The position numbers and the translations under genes were made by a program. A model generated the notes under the pieces. The model ran no database searches, had not been told where the DNA came from, and saw nothing but the letters and a program-made list of their open reading frames with translations. From Candidatus Kerfeldbacteria bacterium (GTDB taxonomy: Bacteria > Patescibacteriota > Patescibacteriia > UBA9570), in the NCBI GenBank assembly GCA_016207285.1, contig JACQPW010000003.1:1-39139 (forward strand): a DNA stretch of 39,139 bases, read 5' to 3'. Of this stretch, positions 28,392 through 38,950 are shown piece by piece (positions within the stretch are counted from its first letter, which is position 1; each line of letters opens with the position of its first letter).

Positions 28392-29459
28392 ATGTCTACT
28401 GCCCATACCCCACCTGTCCACGTCAATATTTCTAGTCTTACCTTAGTCAAAGTGGTATTGGTTGGGTTAGCCCTCATTTTTTTGTGGGCCATTCGAGAGA
28501 TCATTATTATGGTCTTGATTGCCTGGGTGCTATCGATGGCGCTGCAGCCGTGGGTGGATCGCTTACAACGTTGGCACATTCCCCGGGCGCTAGGTATTTT
28601 ATCAGTGTACGCTGCCGTGGGTACCTTAGCGACGGTGGTGGTGATCTTACTTGTGCCTCCGGTGACCAATGAATTATCCAGCATCGCCGCTAACTTTCCA
28701 GATTACTACGCCCCTATTAATGCCAGTCTAGCTAACATTCGGGCGACCGGAGAATCCTTTGGTTTATCATCTGCCTTCCAGGATGCCATGAATAATGCCA
28801 TTAAAGGGGTATCTGAACTCACCAATGGCATTTACAGTACCGTCTCATCGGTGCTCACTGGTATTATCACCTTAGTGGGTATCTTGGTGATTGCCTTTTA
28901 TATGACCATTGACCAAGAAGGAATCCGTAAATTTGCGCAGTCATTGTCGCCAATTAGTTATCAGCCATACGTCATTCACAAGATCAACCAAATTCAGAAA
29001 CGGCTCAGTGGTTGGTTAGGTGGACAGTTAATTTTGATGCTGTTTGTGGGCACCCTAGTAGGTGTCTCCTTGTGGATTGTGGGCGTGCCGTATTCCTTAG
29101 TATTAGGCATCTTGGCCGGTTTATTAGAATTTATTCCGATTGTTGGCCCAACCATGGCGGCTATTCCGGCTATTTTCTTCGCCTTTACGGATTTTGCCGA
29201 TGCACCGTACAAACCATTTGTTGTCTTAGCGGTCTTTATTGTCATTCAACAGGTGGAGAACCAATTGCTGGTACCGAGAATCATGAAGCGGGCGGTTGGC
29301 CTGAACCCGATCATTATTATTATTGCCCTGTTAATTGGTGCCAAGCTCGGTGGCTTTGTGGGCGTGGTGCTATCGATTCCATTTGTGGCCATTATTGATG
29401 TCTTTTTGGCGGACTTTATTGAACAGAAAGAGCAGGAACAGAATCGGCTCGAAGATTAG
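28392..29459 (+). CDS. AI-2E family transporter (PerM/TqsA-like)
   Basis: Polytopic; EFIPIVGP, QQVENQLLVPRIM, GLNP, GFVGVVLSIP. Confidence 0.9.
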   Translation: MSTAHTPPVHVNISSLTLVKVVLVGLALIFLWAIREIIIMVLIAWVLSMALQPWVDRLQRWHIPRALGILSVYAAVGTLATVVVILLVPPVTNELSSIAANFPDYYAPINASLANIRATGESFGLSSAFQDAMNNAIKGVSELTNGIYSTVSSVLTGIITLVGILVIAFYMTIDQEGIRKFAQSLSPISYQPYVIHKINQIQKRLSGWLGGQLILMLFVGTLVGVSLWIVGVPYSLVLGILAGLLEFIPIVGPTMAAIPAIFFAFTDFADAPYKPFVVLAVFIVIQQVENQLLVPRIMKRAVGLNPIIIIIALLIGAKLGGFVGVVLSIPFVAIIDVFLADFIEQKEQEQNRLED

Positions 29460-29461
29460 CT

Positions 29462-30907
29462 ATGACCGGAAAGTATTACATCACAACAGCGATTCCGTAT
29501 GTGAATTCCAAACCACATATTGGGCACGCCCTCGAGTTAGTACAGGCAGATGTCCTGGCTAGGTATTATCGTCTTATTGGCCAAGACACCTATTTTTTAA
29601 CTGGGGTAGATGAAAATAGCCTCAAAAATGTCCGGGCGGCAGAGCAAGCGGGTCTATCTACGCAAGCACTGTGTGATCAAAACGCCGACAGCTTTAAAGC
29701 CTTAGTCGACAGTTTGAATATTTCCATTGATCAGTTTTTTCGCACCTCTTCACCACTGCATCATCAGGGAGCGCAAGCACTGTGGTCAGCCTGTCGACCG
29801 GAAGATATTTATACTAAAACCTACCGTGGTTTGTACTGTGTCGGTTGTGAGGCTTACTATAGCCCCACTGAATTAGTGGATGGCAAATGCCCTGAACACA
29901 AAACGGTGCCGGAAGCGATCGAGGAAGAAAATTATTTCTTTAAGTTGAGCAACTATCAGGATAAATTAAAGAAGCTGCTAGAGTCTGGTGAAGTGCAAGT
30001 CTATCCCAAATTTCGTAAAAACGAAGTGTTGTCATTTGTGAATATGGGTTTGGAAGACTTTTCTATTTCCCGATCTCGACAACGTGCCAAAAATTGGGGA
30101 GTACCAGTACCCGGCGATGACTCTCAAGTCATGTATGTCTGGTTTGATGCCTTAAGCAACTACATTACAGCCCTTGGCTACGGTACCGATGACAAAACCT
30201 TGCTGAATACGTATTGGCCCGCTGATCTCCATGTTATTGGCAAGGGGATTTCCAGGTTTCATGCCATCTATTGGCCCGCCATGTTGCTATCGGCTGGTTT
30301 AGCGACGCCCAAATCCATTTTTGTCCATGGGTATGTTTCTGCCGGTGGCCAGAAAATGAGCAAATCACTCAATAATGTGGTAGACCCCTTTAGCCTCATC
30401 CATAGTTACGGTGCTGATGCTGTGCGTTATTATTTACTGCGTGAAATTCCACCAGCGGAAGACGGGGATTACTCAGAAGAGAAATTCATTAATTGTTATA
30501 ATGCACATTTAGCCAACGATCTGGGTAACTTGGTTAGTCGCGTCTCCAATATGGTTGATCGCTATTTAGACGGTAGTGTGCCCGCGATCGAGTTGCCTGA
30601 TCCAGAGTATGCCCTGGAAGATGTCTATACCCTCATTTCGCAATATCGTTTTAATGAAGCCCTGGATACGGTCTGGTCCATTGTGCGTTTAGCTAATAAG
30701 GTGGTAGACGACGAAAAACCCTGGGAATTGTTTAATAACAGTAATCTTGATAAACTGAGTCTAGTCTTAGCCCAGTTAGTGGTGATGGTGCAAGACATTG
30801 CTCTGGCACTGGAGCCGTTTTTGCCGGATACCTCTAAGACGATCCAGCAACATTTTAACCAGGCTAAACTGACTAAAGTACCACCTTTATTCCCGCGCAT
30901 TCTCTAA
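29462..30907 (+). CDS. metG: Methionine--tRNA ligase (short form, no C-terminal tRNA-binding domain)
   Basis: YITTAIPYVN, HIGH, CVGCE..CPEH knuckle, YVWFDAL, KMSKS, LANDLGNLVSR. Confidence 0.96.
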   Translation: MTGKYYITTAIPYVNSKPHIGHALELVQADVLARYYRLIGQDTYFLTGVDENSLKNVRAAEQAGLSTQALCDQNADSFKALVDSLNISIDQFFRTSSPLHHQGAQALWSACRPEDIYTKTYRGLYCVGCEAYYSPTELVDGKCPEHKTVPEAIEEENYFFKLSNYQDKLKKLLESGEVQVYPKFRKNEVLSFVNMGLEDFSISRSRQRAKNWGVPVPGDDSQVMYVWFDALSNYITALGYGTDDKTLLNTYWPADLHVIGKGISRFHAIYWPAMLLSAGLATPKSIFVHGYVSAGGQKMSKSLNNVVDPFSLIHSYGADAVRYYLLREIPPAEDGDYSEEKFINCYNAHLANDLGNLVSRVSNMVDRYLDGSVPAIELPDPEYALEDVYTLISQYRFNEALDTVWSIVRLANKVVDDEKPWELFNNSNLDKLSLVLAQLVVMVQDIALALEPFLPDTSKTIQQHFNQAKLTKVPPLFPRIL

Positions 30908-30911
30908 CGTT

Positions 30912-31391
30912 ATGAATATTTTGGATTGGGTCATTGTTGTCTGGCTAGTGATTGCCTTCTTACTGGGCGCTAGGCTAGGTTTAATTTATCGGATTGGTCA
31001 CATTATTGGTTTGGTCGTGGGTATCTGGCTGGCTTTTACCTATGGCATGACCGTAGCTAGTTGGCTAGGCGATAGTTGGGGCATCCGGATCGCCGTGGTG
31101 CTCTTTCTGATTGCTGGAGTAGCTGAATTAGGCGGGCTAGTCGCTACGTTATTGGATAAGGCTTTTAAAATTGTGTCGTGGCTGCCCTTTCTTAAATTGG
31201 CTAACGGTATCATTGGAGGGATCGTGTCATTACTAACCCACCTCGTGCTACTTGGCATCGTGCTCTCCTTTGCGCTGACCTTACCAGTAGATGAGCAGTG
31301 GTTACTGGCTATTGAGCAGTCAACACTTGGCCCTTGGTTAGTCATTGTAGGCACAACCGTCACTAACTTTATTCCGTGGTTTAATGCCTAG
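30912..31391 (+). CDS. cvpA: CvpA family membrane protein
   Basis: MN.LD start, G.RLG, 'ANGIIGG', 4-5 TMs, 'QSTL' tail. Confidence 0.7.
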   Translation: MNILDWVIVVWLVIAFLLGARLGLIYRIGHIIGLVVGIWLAFTYGMTVASWLGDSWGIRIAVVLFLIAGVAELGGLVATLLDKAFKIVSWLPFLKLANGIIGGIVSLLTHLVLLGIVLSFALTLPVDEQWLLAIEQSTLGPWLVIVGTTVTNFIPWFNA

Positions 31392-32241
31392 GTTTGTTGA
31401 TACCCATACCCACGTCAATTTCCAACCGTTTTTGGATGACTATCGCGCGGTGATTCAACGTGCCACCGATCAGGGTATCCTGGTGACCAATGTCGGTACG
31501 CAATGGGAATCATCGCAACGTTCGGTCCAGATCGCGGATGAACTACAGGGTTTAGTGTACGCTACGGTGGGACTACACCCATTGCATTTGTTTAAGGACA
31601 TTACTGAGGAGCAGACGTTTGGTGGTATTACGCAAACGATTAAGGCACGGGCAGAAACCTTTGACCCTAAACGGTATCAGCAGCTAGCCCAGTCATCGCC
31701 GCGCGTCGTAGCGATTGGTGAATGCGGTTTAGATTACTATCACACTGACGGTCTAGCCAGTGAACAGCAACGGGTGTTACGGCAGCACATTGAATTAGGG
31801 ATTCAGCTCGATTTGCCGTTAATTATACATTGTCGGGATGCTGGTATTCATACCGATGATACCGTCCAAGCCTTCGATGATTTAGCTGCCCTCTTATCTG
31901 ATTACAAAGGCAAGGTACGCGGAACCATTCACTGTTATACCGGTACTCCTAAGTATATCGAACGCTTTTTAAAGTTAGGTTTTTATATTGGGTTCACTGG
32001 TATTGTGACGTTCACCAGTGCCAAGGCCGTGCGGGCCAGTGTTCAAGCTGTACCACTGGAACGCTTACTATTAGAAACGGATGCCCCCTATTTGGCACCA
32101 GTGCCCCACCGTGGCCAGCGTAACGAACCAGCCTATGTGCAGTATGTCGCTCAGGAAGTTGCCCAACTCAAGCAGATACCGTTGGAGCAAGTGGCTAAGC
32201 AAACGACCGCGAATGCAGTTGAGTTGTTTCGCTATCGCTGA
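31384..32241 (+). CDS. tatD: TatD family hydrolase/DNase
   Basis: DTHTH, GLHP, AIGECGLDY, HCR, HCY, LETDAPYL, RNEP. Confidence 0.95.
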   Translation: MPRFVDTHTHVNFQPFLDDYRAVIQRATDQGILVTNVGTQWESSQRSVQIADELQGLVYATVGLHPLHLFKDITEEQTFGGITQTIKARAETFDPKRYQQLAQSSPRVVAIGECGLDYYHTDGLASEQQRVLRQHIELGIQLDLPLIIHCRDAGIHTDDTVQAFDDLAALLSDYKGKVRGTIHCYTGTPKYIERFLKLGFYIGFTGIVTFTSAKAVRASVQAVPLERLLLETDAPYLAPVPHRGQRNEPAYVQYVAQEVAQLKQIPLEQVAKQTTANAVELFRYR

Positions 32242-32247
32242 TACACT
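32219..32247 (+). promoter_or_regulatory. sigma70-like promoter for rmuC, embedded in the tatD 3' end
   Basis: TTGAGT-N17-TACACT with extended -10 TG; 9 nt before ATG 32257. Confidence 0.55.
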
Positions 32248-32256
32248 GCCTGTACT

Positions 32257-33162
32257 ATGCAAATCTTGACCTGGTTGATTCCATCGATCGTAGTCATTGT
32301 CTGCGCCATTGTCTTGTGGCGTTTCTTAGATAAGAAATTACAAAAACCGGATGATTCCGCCGCCCTCGGCATGTTGAACCAGAACGTTCAGGGCATGCAT
32401 ACCCGGCTGGATAATGCCGCTCGGGTGATTGCGGCTGTGAATAAGGAGCTGGGTCAAGTCCAAGAAATGGGTCGCAGTATGCGCGATTTACAACAATTTT
32501 TACAGTCGCCAAAATTGCGTGGTAACATTGGCGAGCAAGTCCTACATGATTTATTGTCACAAAACTTTCCGCAGTCGTACTTTGAAATGCAGTACAAGTT
32601 CAAAACTGGGGAAGTGGTGGATGCCTTACTCAAAACAGATAATGGCTTCATTGGTATTGATTCCAAATTTCCACTGGCGAACTTTGATCAATTACTCAAA
32701 GCTGAAACGGAAGCCGACCAAGAACAATACCGCAAGCTGTTTCATCGGGATGTCAAAAAGCATATCACGGACATTGCTAAAAAATATATTTTGCCAGAAG
32801 AGGGGACAGTAAACTTCGCGTTGATGTATATTCCATCGGAAGCTATTTACTATGAAATTATTCGCGATGAGATGGAGTTAATGCCGTTTGCTCAGACCCA
32901 AAAGATTTTATTAGTGTCTCCGAACAGCTTCTATTACTTCCTGAAAGTACTACTGATTGGGATGCAAGGTAAAAAAATTGAAGAACAAGCCAAGTCTATT
33001 CTGACGGCACTGCAAGGTCTACAGAAAGATTCGGATAAGTTTGGACGCGAGTTAGAGGTGTTAACTACCCATTTGACGAACGCCAAGGCAGCCTTAGATC
33101 GAGTGGCCAACCAGTATACTCAATTGGATGGCAAGATTGACCAAATAAAACTTTTACAGTAG
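32257..33162 (+). CDS. rmuC: DNA recombination protein RmuC family
   Basis: N-terminal TM, PKLRGNIGE, VDA, IDSKFP, KYI, FALMYIPSEAIY, VSP. Confidence 0.9.
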   Translation: MQILTWLIPSIVVIVCAIVLWRFLDKKLQKPDDSAALGMLNQNVQGMHTRLDNAARVIAAVNKELGQVQEMGRSMRDLQQFLQSPKLRGNIGEQVLHDLLSQNFPQSYFEMQYKFKTGEVVDALLKTDNGFIGIDSKFPLANFDQLLKAETEADQEQYRKLFHRDVKKHITDIAKKYILPEEGTVNFALMYIPSEAIYYEIIRDEMELMPFAQTQKILLVSPNSFYYFLKVLLIGMQGKKIEEQAKSILTALQGLQKDSDKFGRELEVLTTHLTNAKAALDRVANQYTQLDGKIDQIKLLQ

Positions 33163-33172
33163 GGTAGCCAGT

Positions 33173-33736
33173 ATGGGACAGCTTCCGTGGGAACCATTAG
33201 TTCATCTGAAAGAGCAATTTAAAAACACAGATGTTGTCATTGGAAAAAATGTAACTATTCACCCAAGCGCGGTGGTCGAGGGTCCCGTCATCATTGGTGA
33301 CAACTGTGTGATCGGCGTCGGTGCCTATATTCGTCCGTATTCCATCATTGGGAATAACTGTGTCATCGGGCACGCCACCGAAATCAAACACTGTGTGTTA
33401 GGAGACAACGTGGTATTACCGCATTTTAATTATGTGGGTGATAGTATCGTCGGCAACAACGTCCACTTGGGCGGTGGGGCAGTCATTGCCAATTATAAAA
33501 GTGATGGCAGTACGGTGAGTGTAGAGCTGGATGGTAAAAAAATGGATACCGGCCTAAATAAATTTGGAGCGATTGTTGGCGATCATGTTGAAATTGGTTC
33601 GGGTTGTATTATTAATCCCGGCAGTATGATTGGAAACAATACCACGATCTATGCCGGTGCGATTGTCCGTGGATCGATACCGGATAACGTCATCGTCAAA
33701 TACAAGCAGACCTTTGAGATTGTGCCGAAACAATAG
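33173..33736 (+). CDS. Left-handed beta-helix acyltransferase resembling the acetyltransferase domain of GlmU
   Basis: Hexapeptide repeats, IEG/VEGPV.IG, AYIRP, EIK, HFNYVGDS, AN, KFGAIVGD. Confidence 0.8.
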   Translation: MGQLPWEPLVHLKEQFKNTDVVIGKNVTIHPSAVVEGPVIIGDNCVIGVGAYIRPYSIIGNNCVIGHATEIKHCVLGDNVVLPHFNYVGDSIVGNNVHLGGGAVIANYKSDGSTVSVELDGKKMDTGLNKFGAIVGDHVEIGSGCIINPGSMIGNNTTIYAGAIVRGSIPDNVIVKYKQTFEIVPKQ

Positions 33737-34159
33737 CTATTTCCGCCACTTTTTGGCGACGTGTAACCGCGCTCGCTCTTCCGCTAACTGGCGTTGCAGT
33801 AACGAATAGGTGTTCAAGTCTAAGGTGGTTTGGTCTTTGAGGTCTTGTTCTAGTTGTTGGGTGCGCGCCTCAGCAGCGGCCAAGTCAATATCGGTGGCGT
33901 GCTGGGCAGAGTCAGCCAAGACATACAGCGTATTATTGGCTACTTCAATCAAGCCTCCGGACACAGCTAAGGGGAAGGTCTTGTCCCCATCACGCACGAT
34001 CAGTTCGCCTGGCTCTAGAATACTGACTAATTCCGTATGTTGCGGCAACACCGTAATTTGACCCAGACGGGTTGGCAAACTAACGCCATCTACCGCTTGT
34101 TCAAACACGGTCTGAACAGGGGTCACCATTTTTAATTGTAGGCGAGTAGTAGCAGCCAT
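33737..34159 (-). CDS. atpC: ATP synthase F1 epsilon subunit
   Basis: VTP, LPT..G.ITVLPQH, VSGGLIEV, VLADSA; operon position. Confidence 0.95.
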   Translation of the reverse strand: MAATTRLQLKMVTPVQTVFEQAVDGVSLPTRLGQITVLPQHTELVSILEPGELIVRDGDKTFPLAVSGGLIEVANNTLYVLADSAQHATDIDLAAAEARTQQLEQDLKDQTTLDLNTYSLLQRQLAEERARLHVAKKWRK

Positions 34160-34161
34160 GC

Positions 34162-35568
<1,407 letters not shown>

Positions 35569-36501
35569 TTAAGATACCGCTGCTGTGCCAGCCGAAATTT
35601 CAGCAATTTCTTTCGTAATGACAGCCTGACGGGCACGGTTAAAGGCTAGCACCAGTTCGTCAATCATATCACCGGCCGCATCGGTAGCATTTTTCATAGC
35701 CAGCATCCGCGCACTATGTTCAGAGGCGTTACTTTCTAGTAAGGCCTGGTAAATTTGTACTTCCGCTAGCCGTGGTACCACATAATCCAAGACATCAATC
35801 TTACCTGGTTCATAGAGGTATTCCGTACCGGTCGGCTCAACGGTGGCGCTGTGTGCAACATCGGTTACATTCTCGACGGCTTCGGCAATGCTCCCAGCCT
35901 GTAACAACGGGAATAGTTGTTTAGTGACGGGTACTTGTAAGACAGCGGAGTGGTAATCGGTATACAGTACTAAGACGCGGTCAGTTTTACCGGCTTTAAA
36001 TTGCTGATACACATGGGCGGCAATTTCACTAATGGATCCAGTATCTTTGGCAGTGTCATCTTTAGCATAAGCCAATTCCGCTTTAATGCCGATGGTGTTA
36101 AAGGTGTTCACGCCTTTTTTACCAATGGCAATTAATTCTACCTGGCTGCGGCCATGACGTTTAACTAGTTTAATGGCGCGCTTAATGACATTACTGTTAA
36201 AAGCTCCACATAAGCCGCGATTCGATGTGAGCACAATGGCGGTAATGTGTTCTGGTTGCCCAGCCGGTAGTTGTGGCGCTACAAAAAATCTGCGCACGGG
36301 ATCACTCGGGTTCAGTTCTACTTGGGACATCACTCGGTTAATCAATCCCCACAGCAGGTTAGCGTAGGCGCGGGTATTTAAAGCCGCTTGGACAGCCCGG
36401 CGCATTTTGGCAGCCGAAACCATCTCCATGGCTTTGGTAATTTTTTTGGAGTTCTTGATAGAACGGAGACGATTCTTGATTTCGCGACCTTGAACGGCCA
36501 T
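35569..36501 (-). CDS. atpG: ATP synthase F1 gamma subunit
   Basis: KITKAMEMVSAAK, RGLCGAFN, ASEHSARM.AM.NAT, RQA.IT.EI.EI. Confidence 0.98.
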   Translation of the reverse strand: MAVQGREIKNRLRSIKNSKKITKAMEMVSAAKMRRAVQAALNTRAYANLLWGLINRVMSQVELNPSDPVRRFFVAPQLPAGQPEHITAIVLTSNRGLCGAFNSNVIKRAIKLVKRHGRSQVELIAIGKKGVNTFNTIGIKAELAYAKDDTAKDTGSISEIAAHVYQQFKAGKTDRVLVLYTDYHSAVLQVPVTKQLFPLLQAGSIAEAVENVTDVAHSATVEPTGTEYLYEPGKIDVLDYVVPRLAEVQIYQALLESNASEHSARMLAMKNATDAAGDMIDELVLAFNRARQAVITKEIAEISAGTAAVS

Positions 36502-36508
36502 AGTGGTA

Positions 36509-38032
36509 TTAGGCTAAGAAGCAAGCTGGCTTCAGGGTAGCCTTAAAGTCTTTAATGGTTTGTTGTAATTTAGCTTCCCAGGCATCATCAAAGGCTTTCT
36601 CTTTCTGGATAGTGGTAAATAAATCTGGGGCATGCTGTTCCACATAGTCCACCAAACCGACACTAAATTCTTGGACATAATCGGCCACCACATCATCCGT
36701 TAATCCTTTGGTAACGGCATAAATTTGGATAACTTGTTGTTCGACGGCCAATGGTTCAAATTGTTTTTGCTTCAGTAACTCTTCTAACCGTTTACCACGC
36801 GCTAACTGTTTTTTAGTAGCTTCATCTAAATCTGAACCAAACTGACTAAAGGCTTCCAATTCACGAAATTGTGCCAAGCCCAAGCGCAAGGTTCCGGCCA
36901 CTTTCTTCATCGCTTTAATTTGGGCAGCGCCACCGACGCGCGATACAGATAGACCAACGTTAATAGCTGGGCGGAACCCTTTATTAAATAAGTTGGTTTC
37001 TAAATAAATTTGTCCATCGGTGATGGAAATCACATTGGTAGGAATATAGGCGGACACATCATTACCCTGGGTTTCAATAATCGGTAGGGCAGTGAGCGAG
37101 CCATTGCCGTTATCCTCATTCAGTTTAGCGGCTCGTTCGAGTAAACGAGAGTGTAGATAAAAGACATCACCAGGATAAGCTTCGCGACCGGGTGGGCGAC
37201 GTAATAATAATGAAATTTGGCGATACGCCACGGCATGTTTGGATAGGTCATCATAGACAATCAAGGCGTCTTTGCCTTTGTCCATAAAATATTCACCCAT
37301 CGCACAACCCGCATACGGTGCTAAGAAATTTAAGGCGGCTGGTTCAGAAGCACTAGCGGTCACCACGATGGTGTACTCCATGGCGCCTTTTTCTTGTAGT
37401 TTGGCGACCAGCTGAGCAATTTTACTTTCTTTTTGTCCAATGGCCACATAGATACAAATCATCTCTTGACCCTTTTGGTTCAAAATAGTATCAATCGCCA
37501 CTGCAGTTTTACCGGTTTGGCGGTCACCGATAATCAATTCGCGTTGACCGCGCCCAACTGGAGTCATGGCATCAATCGATTTTAAACCGGTTTGCACAGG
37601 TTGGTGCACTGATTTGCGGGTAATGACACCAGGCGCCACGCGTTCCATCGGATAGGTAGCTTGGTTCTGAATGGGGCCCTTACCATCTTTCGGTTGACCT
37701 AACGCATCCACCACACGACCAATCATGGCTTCACCCACTGGCACTTCTAAAATTTTGCCCAAACTTTTGACTTTCATGCCCTCGGTGATACCCATATAGT
37801 CGCCCATGACCATAATACCCACTAGCCCTTCTTCCAAGTTCAAGGCTACGCCCTGGATGCCATTATCAAATTCAACCATTTCGGAAGAGCGCACGTCGGC
37901 CAAGCCAACGGCTTTAACAATACCGTCACCAATTTCGATGACCGTACCAATCAGTTCGGTTTTAAGGGTGGTTTGGAAGTTGGCAATTTCCTGTTTCAGG
38001 TGCTCAACCATGGAGACGTTCATTTGGGACAT
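36509..38032 (-). CDS. atpA: ATP synthase F1 alpha subunit
   Basis: [52 protein letters not shown]. Confidence 0.99.
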   Translation of the reverse strand: MSQMNVSMVEHLKQEIANFQTTLKTELIGTVIEIGDGIVKAVGLADVRSSEMVEFDNGIQGVALNLEEGLVGIMVMGDYMGITEGMKVKSLGKILEVPVGEAMIGRVVDALGQPKDGKGPIQNQATYPMERVAPGVITRKSVHQPVQTGLKSIDAMTPVGRGQRELIIGDRQTGKTAVAIDTILNQKGQEMICIYVAIGQKESKIAQLVAKLQEKGAMEYTIVVTASASEPAALNFLAPYAGCAMGEYFMDKGKDALIVYDDLSKHAVAYRQISLLLRRPPGREAYPGDVFYLHSRLLERAAKLNEDNGNGSLTALPIIETQGNDVSAYIPTNVISITDGQIYLETNLFNKGFRPAINVGLSVSRVGGAAQIKAMKKVAGTLRLGLAQFRELEAFSQFGSDLDEATKKQLARGKRLEELLKQKQFEPLAVEQQVIQIYAVTKGLTDDVVADYVQEFSVGLVDYVEQHAPDLFTTIQKEKAFDDAWEAKLQQTIKDFKATLKPACFLA

Positions 38033-38049
38033 AGAGAGGGGAGGGAAGG

Positions 38050-38442
38050 TTAATGAGTAAGGGTGTGGGCTAAACGCTGGAGTTGTCCGCTGATGGAAGC
38101 ATCCCAGCGCTGATGTTCCGTTTCAATTTGGACACCACCGATCAGCTCGGCGGCTACCTGTTGGGTAATCATTGGTTTGGCAGCGGGCAAAACTGCGTTA
38201 ACCAGTTGGTGGGCTAACTCACTTTTAATTGGGTGAGCCGTGCGGATAGTGACGGACATCGTACCAGCTACCGAATGCTCCAGTTGAGCCATCAGTCGGA
38301 CAATTTCTGGCAGCCATTTGACATGACCATGCCCATAGATGTGCTGCAAGGCTCGGCCTGATATGGCTGACCACTGGGCAGCCGGCTGCTCTTGTAGAGC
38401 GGCAAACCAAGCTTGAGCATAATATTTCGGAGTCAGGCGCAT
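38050..38442 (-). CDS. atpH: ATP synthase F1 delta subunit (short)
   Basis: YAQA, 'ELIGGV.I...WDASI..QL' OSCP C-terminal motif; lies between atpF and atpA. Confidence 0.85.
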   Translation of the reverse strand: MRLTPKYYAQAWFAALQEQPAAQWSAISGRALQHIYGHGHVKWLPEIVRLMAQLEHSVAGTMSVTIRTAHPIKSELAHQLVNAVLPAAKPMITQQVAAELIGGVQIETEHQRWDASISGQLQRLAHTLTH

Positions 38443-38445
38443 GGG

Positions 38446-38943
38446 TTATTGTTTCAGATCAGCTAGGGCACGTTCAATTAAAGCTTGATCGGCGGGAGCA
38501 GTCATTTTTTCCTTCAAAATACGTTCACAAGCTACAATCACCACTTCGCCTAATTCGGCTTTGGCAGCTTGAAGCATTTTTTCTTGTTCGAGACGAATGT
38601 CTTGCTTGGCTTTCTCAATTACTTTGCTCGCTTCGGCTTTGCTGCGTTCAACCAGCACTTGGCCTTGAGCCGTGGCTTGGGTTTTAGCCTCGTCTAACAC
38701 TGCTTGGGCGTCGACTTTGGCTTGGGCGATGAGCCGCTGCTGTTCTGCCATGGCATTATCCAAGGCCGCTTTGGCCTCGCTGGCTTGTTTTACGCCTTGT
38801 TCAATGGTAGCCGTGCGCTCTTGGACAAATTTTAAAATCGGTTTGTATCCGATTTTGTATAAAATAAAGCCAAGTAACACAAAATTGAGTACCTGCGCAA
38901 TCAGGATTTTATAGTCGATACCAAGCGCAGATAGTAATTCCAT
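38446..38943 (-). CDS. atpF: ATP synthase F0 b subunit
   Basis: LGID...IAQ.LNF TM, YKPIL..ER, Ala/Glu/Lys coiled coil. Confidence 0.95.
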   Translation of the reverse strand: MELLSALGIDYKILIAQVLNFVLLGFILYKIGYKPILKFVQERTATIEQGVKQASEAKAALDNAMAEQQRLIAQAKVDAQAVLDEAKTQATAQGQVLVERSKAEASKVIEKAKQDIRLEQEKMLQAAKAELGEVVIVACERILKEKMTAPADQALIERALADLKQ

Positions 38944-38950
38944 ATCAGAG

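Noticed and set aside
31384..33162. tatD plus rmuC as a nuclease defence module
   Set aside because: Both are widespread housekeeping families, metG-tatD proximity is common, and rmuC appears to have its own promoter
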